Below are positions 62,462-64,000 of a DNA stretch of 64,000 bases, in pieces. The stretch comes from Candidatus Bathyarchaeota archaeon (lineage in GTDB: Archaea; Thermoproteota; Bathyarchaeia; TCS64). The notes under the pieces are model-generated. The model saw only the letters and a program-made list of their open reading frames with translations. It searched no databases and was not told the origin of the DNA. The first letter of the stretch is position 1; each line of letters starts with the position of its first letter. Position numbers and translations under genes: made by a program. The stretch lies in contig CAVYLP010000002.1 in the NCBI GenBank assembly GCA_963769425.1, positions 96,001 to 160,000 of the forward strand, in the 5' to 3' direction.

Positions 62462-64000
62462 GTGTTGGAGGAGATAAAGGTCGAGGGCGCGGCCGAGGGC
62501 TACGTCGAGATGCTGCACCGCTACGGTGTGGACTACGTCTTCGCCTCGCCTGGGACGGAGTTCGTCCCGGTCTGGGAGTTCCTCGCGAAGTACAACGAGG
62601 CGGGGAAGAAGCCCCTGTACATGAACACGAGGCACGAGGGGCTCTCCGTCTCGCTTGCGAAGGGCTACTACATGGTGTCGGGGAGGCCGCAGGTCCTCAT
62701 GGCGCATGTCCTCACTGGGATGCTCCACGGCGCCATGGAGTTGAAGGCAGCCTACACCGACCAGATACCCCTCATGCTGCTGGTTGGAGAGGCGAGGACA
62801 CACGACGATGAGGTCTACGGCGGGACGCCCGGCCCCCATTATCTCTCCTTTACTGAGGTTGGCGGGCAGCAGAGGCTCATCCAGCCCTACATGAAGTGGG
62901 TAGATACACCCCAGTGCAACGACAACATCCTATCCACAATTATCAGGGGCCTCGACATAGCGTCGACTGACATTAAGGGGCCGGTGATGCTCTCCCTAAG
63001 CAGGGAGCTGCTCTTCGATAAGAGGGAGAAGATGAGGGTGCCATACCCGAACCCGAGGCCATCGCCCCTTCAGGCGGACCCGGAGGCTCTGAGGAAGCTG
63101 GCGAGGATGCTGGCGAAGGCGGAGAACCCCCTCATATACACACGCTACCTCGGAAGGAACAGGGGTGCGGTCGTCTCTCTCGTCGAACTAGCAGAGCTAG
63201 TTGGTGCCCCCGTCTTCGAGACGCCTGGTTACACGAATTTCCCGACCACCAACCCACTCCACATGGGCACAAGCATGGGAAACTACCTCGCGGACGCCGA
63301 CCTCATCCTCGTCGTAGATGCCAACGGGTGGCCACCATGGTACCCGCCGAACAGCATCACCGAGAGGAGCAGGGCGAAGATAGTCTTCATGGACCTCGAC
63401 CCCCTGCAGGTGAAGTACCCAGTCTACAGCTATCCCGCCGACCTACTAATCGCCGCCGACTCGAGTCTCGCTCTCCCAGCGCTTGTCGCCGAGGTGAAGA
63501 AGGTGCACGACAACGGGAAGGGCGTGGAGGATCGGCTCGCCCGATGGGGGAAGGAGCACAAGCGCCTCAGGGAGGAGTGGAGAAAGGCAGCATTCTCCGC
63601 CAAGGACCAGTGCCCCATCAGTCCGAGGTGGCTCTGCCACTGCATAGACGAGGTCGTGGATGAGAACACGATACTCGTCCACGAGACCATCAGCCACAGC
63701 ACGATGATCTTCGAGCACATCGAACGCCACCGAGTCGTGCCAGGATCACAGCTGGAGGCCACGGGCCCCATAGCCCACACGGGGCTGGGACAGGGCCTCG
63801 GCGTCGCCCTAGGCGCGAAACTCGCCGCCCCGGAGAAGAACGTCATCGCCCTCGAGGGGGACGGCAGCTTCAACTATAACCCCGTCCACGCCTGCCTCGG
63901 CTTAGCCCAAGAGTACGCGATACCGTTCCTGACCGTCATCTACGACAACCAAGGCTACGCGGCGATGAAGCACCACCCACGCTACTACCCGAAGGGGTAC
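62462..64000 (+). CDS. Thiamine pyrophosphate-binding enzyme (acetolactate synthase-like), runs off the window end
   Basis: Manual translation: GVDYVFASPGTEF, RHE, GLGQGLG, EGDGSFNYNP...YDNQGY; open to 64000. Confidence 0.9.
   Translation, partial: MLEEIKVEGAAEGYVEMLHRYGVDYVFASPGTEFVPVWEFLAKYNEAGKKPLYMNTRHEGLSVSLAKGYYMVSGRPQVLMAHVLTGMLHGAMELKAAYTDQIPLMLLVGEARTHDDEVYGGTPGPHYLSFTEVGGQQRLIQPYMKWVDTPQCNDNILSTIIRGLDIASTDIKGPVMLSLSRELLFDKREKMRVPYPNPRPSPLQADPEALRKLARMLAKAENPLIYTRYLGRNRGAVVSLVELAELVGAPVFETPGYTNFPTTNPLHMGTSMGNYLADADLILVVDANGWPPWYPPNSITERSRAKIVFMDLDPLQVKYPVYSYPADLLIAADSSLALPALVAEVKKVHDNGKGVEDRLARWGKEHKRLREEWRKAAFSAKDQCPISPRWLCHCIDEVVDENTILVHETISHSTMIFEHIERHRVVPGSQLEATGPIAHTGLGQGLGVALGAKLAAPEKNVIALEGDGSFNYNPVHACLGLAQEYAIPFLTVIYDNQGYAAMKHHPRYYPKGY

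Noticed and set aside
49641-63873. Many long antisense or alternate-frame ORFs (e.g. 55061..55909, 52815..53432, 62291..62839, 63430..63873)
   Set aside because: They shadow well-supported genes in GC-rich DNA and have no recognisable motifs.

Overview
Archaeal DNA, most likely a Bathyarchaeia-like TACK archaeon (inferred from tfe, trm56, aCPSF1-psmB, egsA, cdc48, fen and archaeal tRNAs). The window has two parts. (1) About 1-37.9 kb is a mostly AT-rich accessory mosaic ending at the 3' end of tRNA-Val. It carries a urea/ammonium cluster (urea transporter, ureABC, a group II chaperonin, an orphan gene, ureEFGD, amt, an FmdE-like gene, aquaporin), stress and transport genes, and many gene fragments. 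(2) About 38-64 kb is mostly GC-rich core genome, with an AT-rich stretch around tRNA-Glu. The strongest unexplained signal is in the accessory part: short (CG)n / alternating purine-pyrimidine runs (19 GCGCGC-containing sites by manual count) lie almost only between genes or exactly where recognisable genes break and join unrelated DNA. This suggests an unknown end-joining or DNA-capture process. Other points: a 5'-half tRNA-Glu duplication, a diverged 767-bp tandem duplication, a nikR remnant next to the urease cluster, and single-base frameshifts (ureC, UPF0182, egsA), some probably sequence errors. All assignments come from motif recognition by eye; no searches were run.
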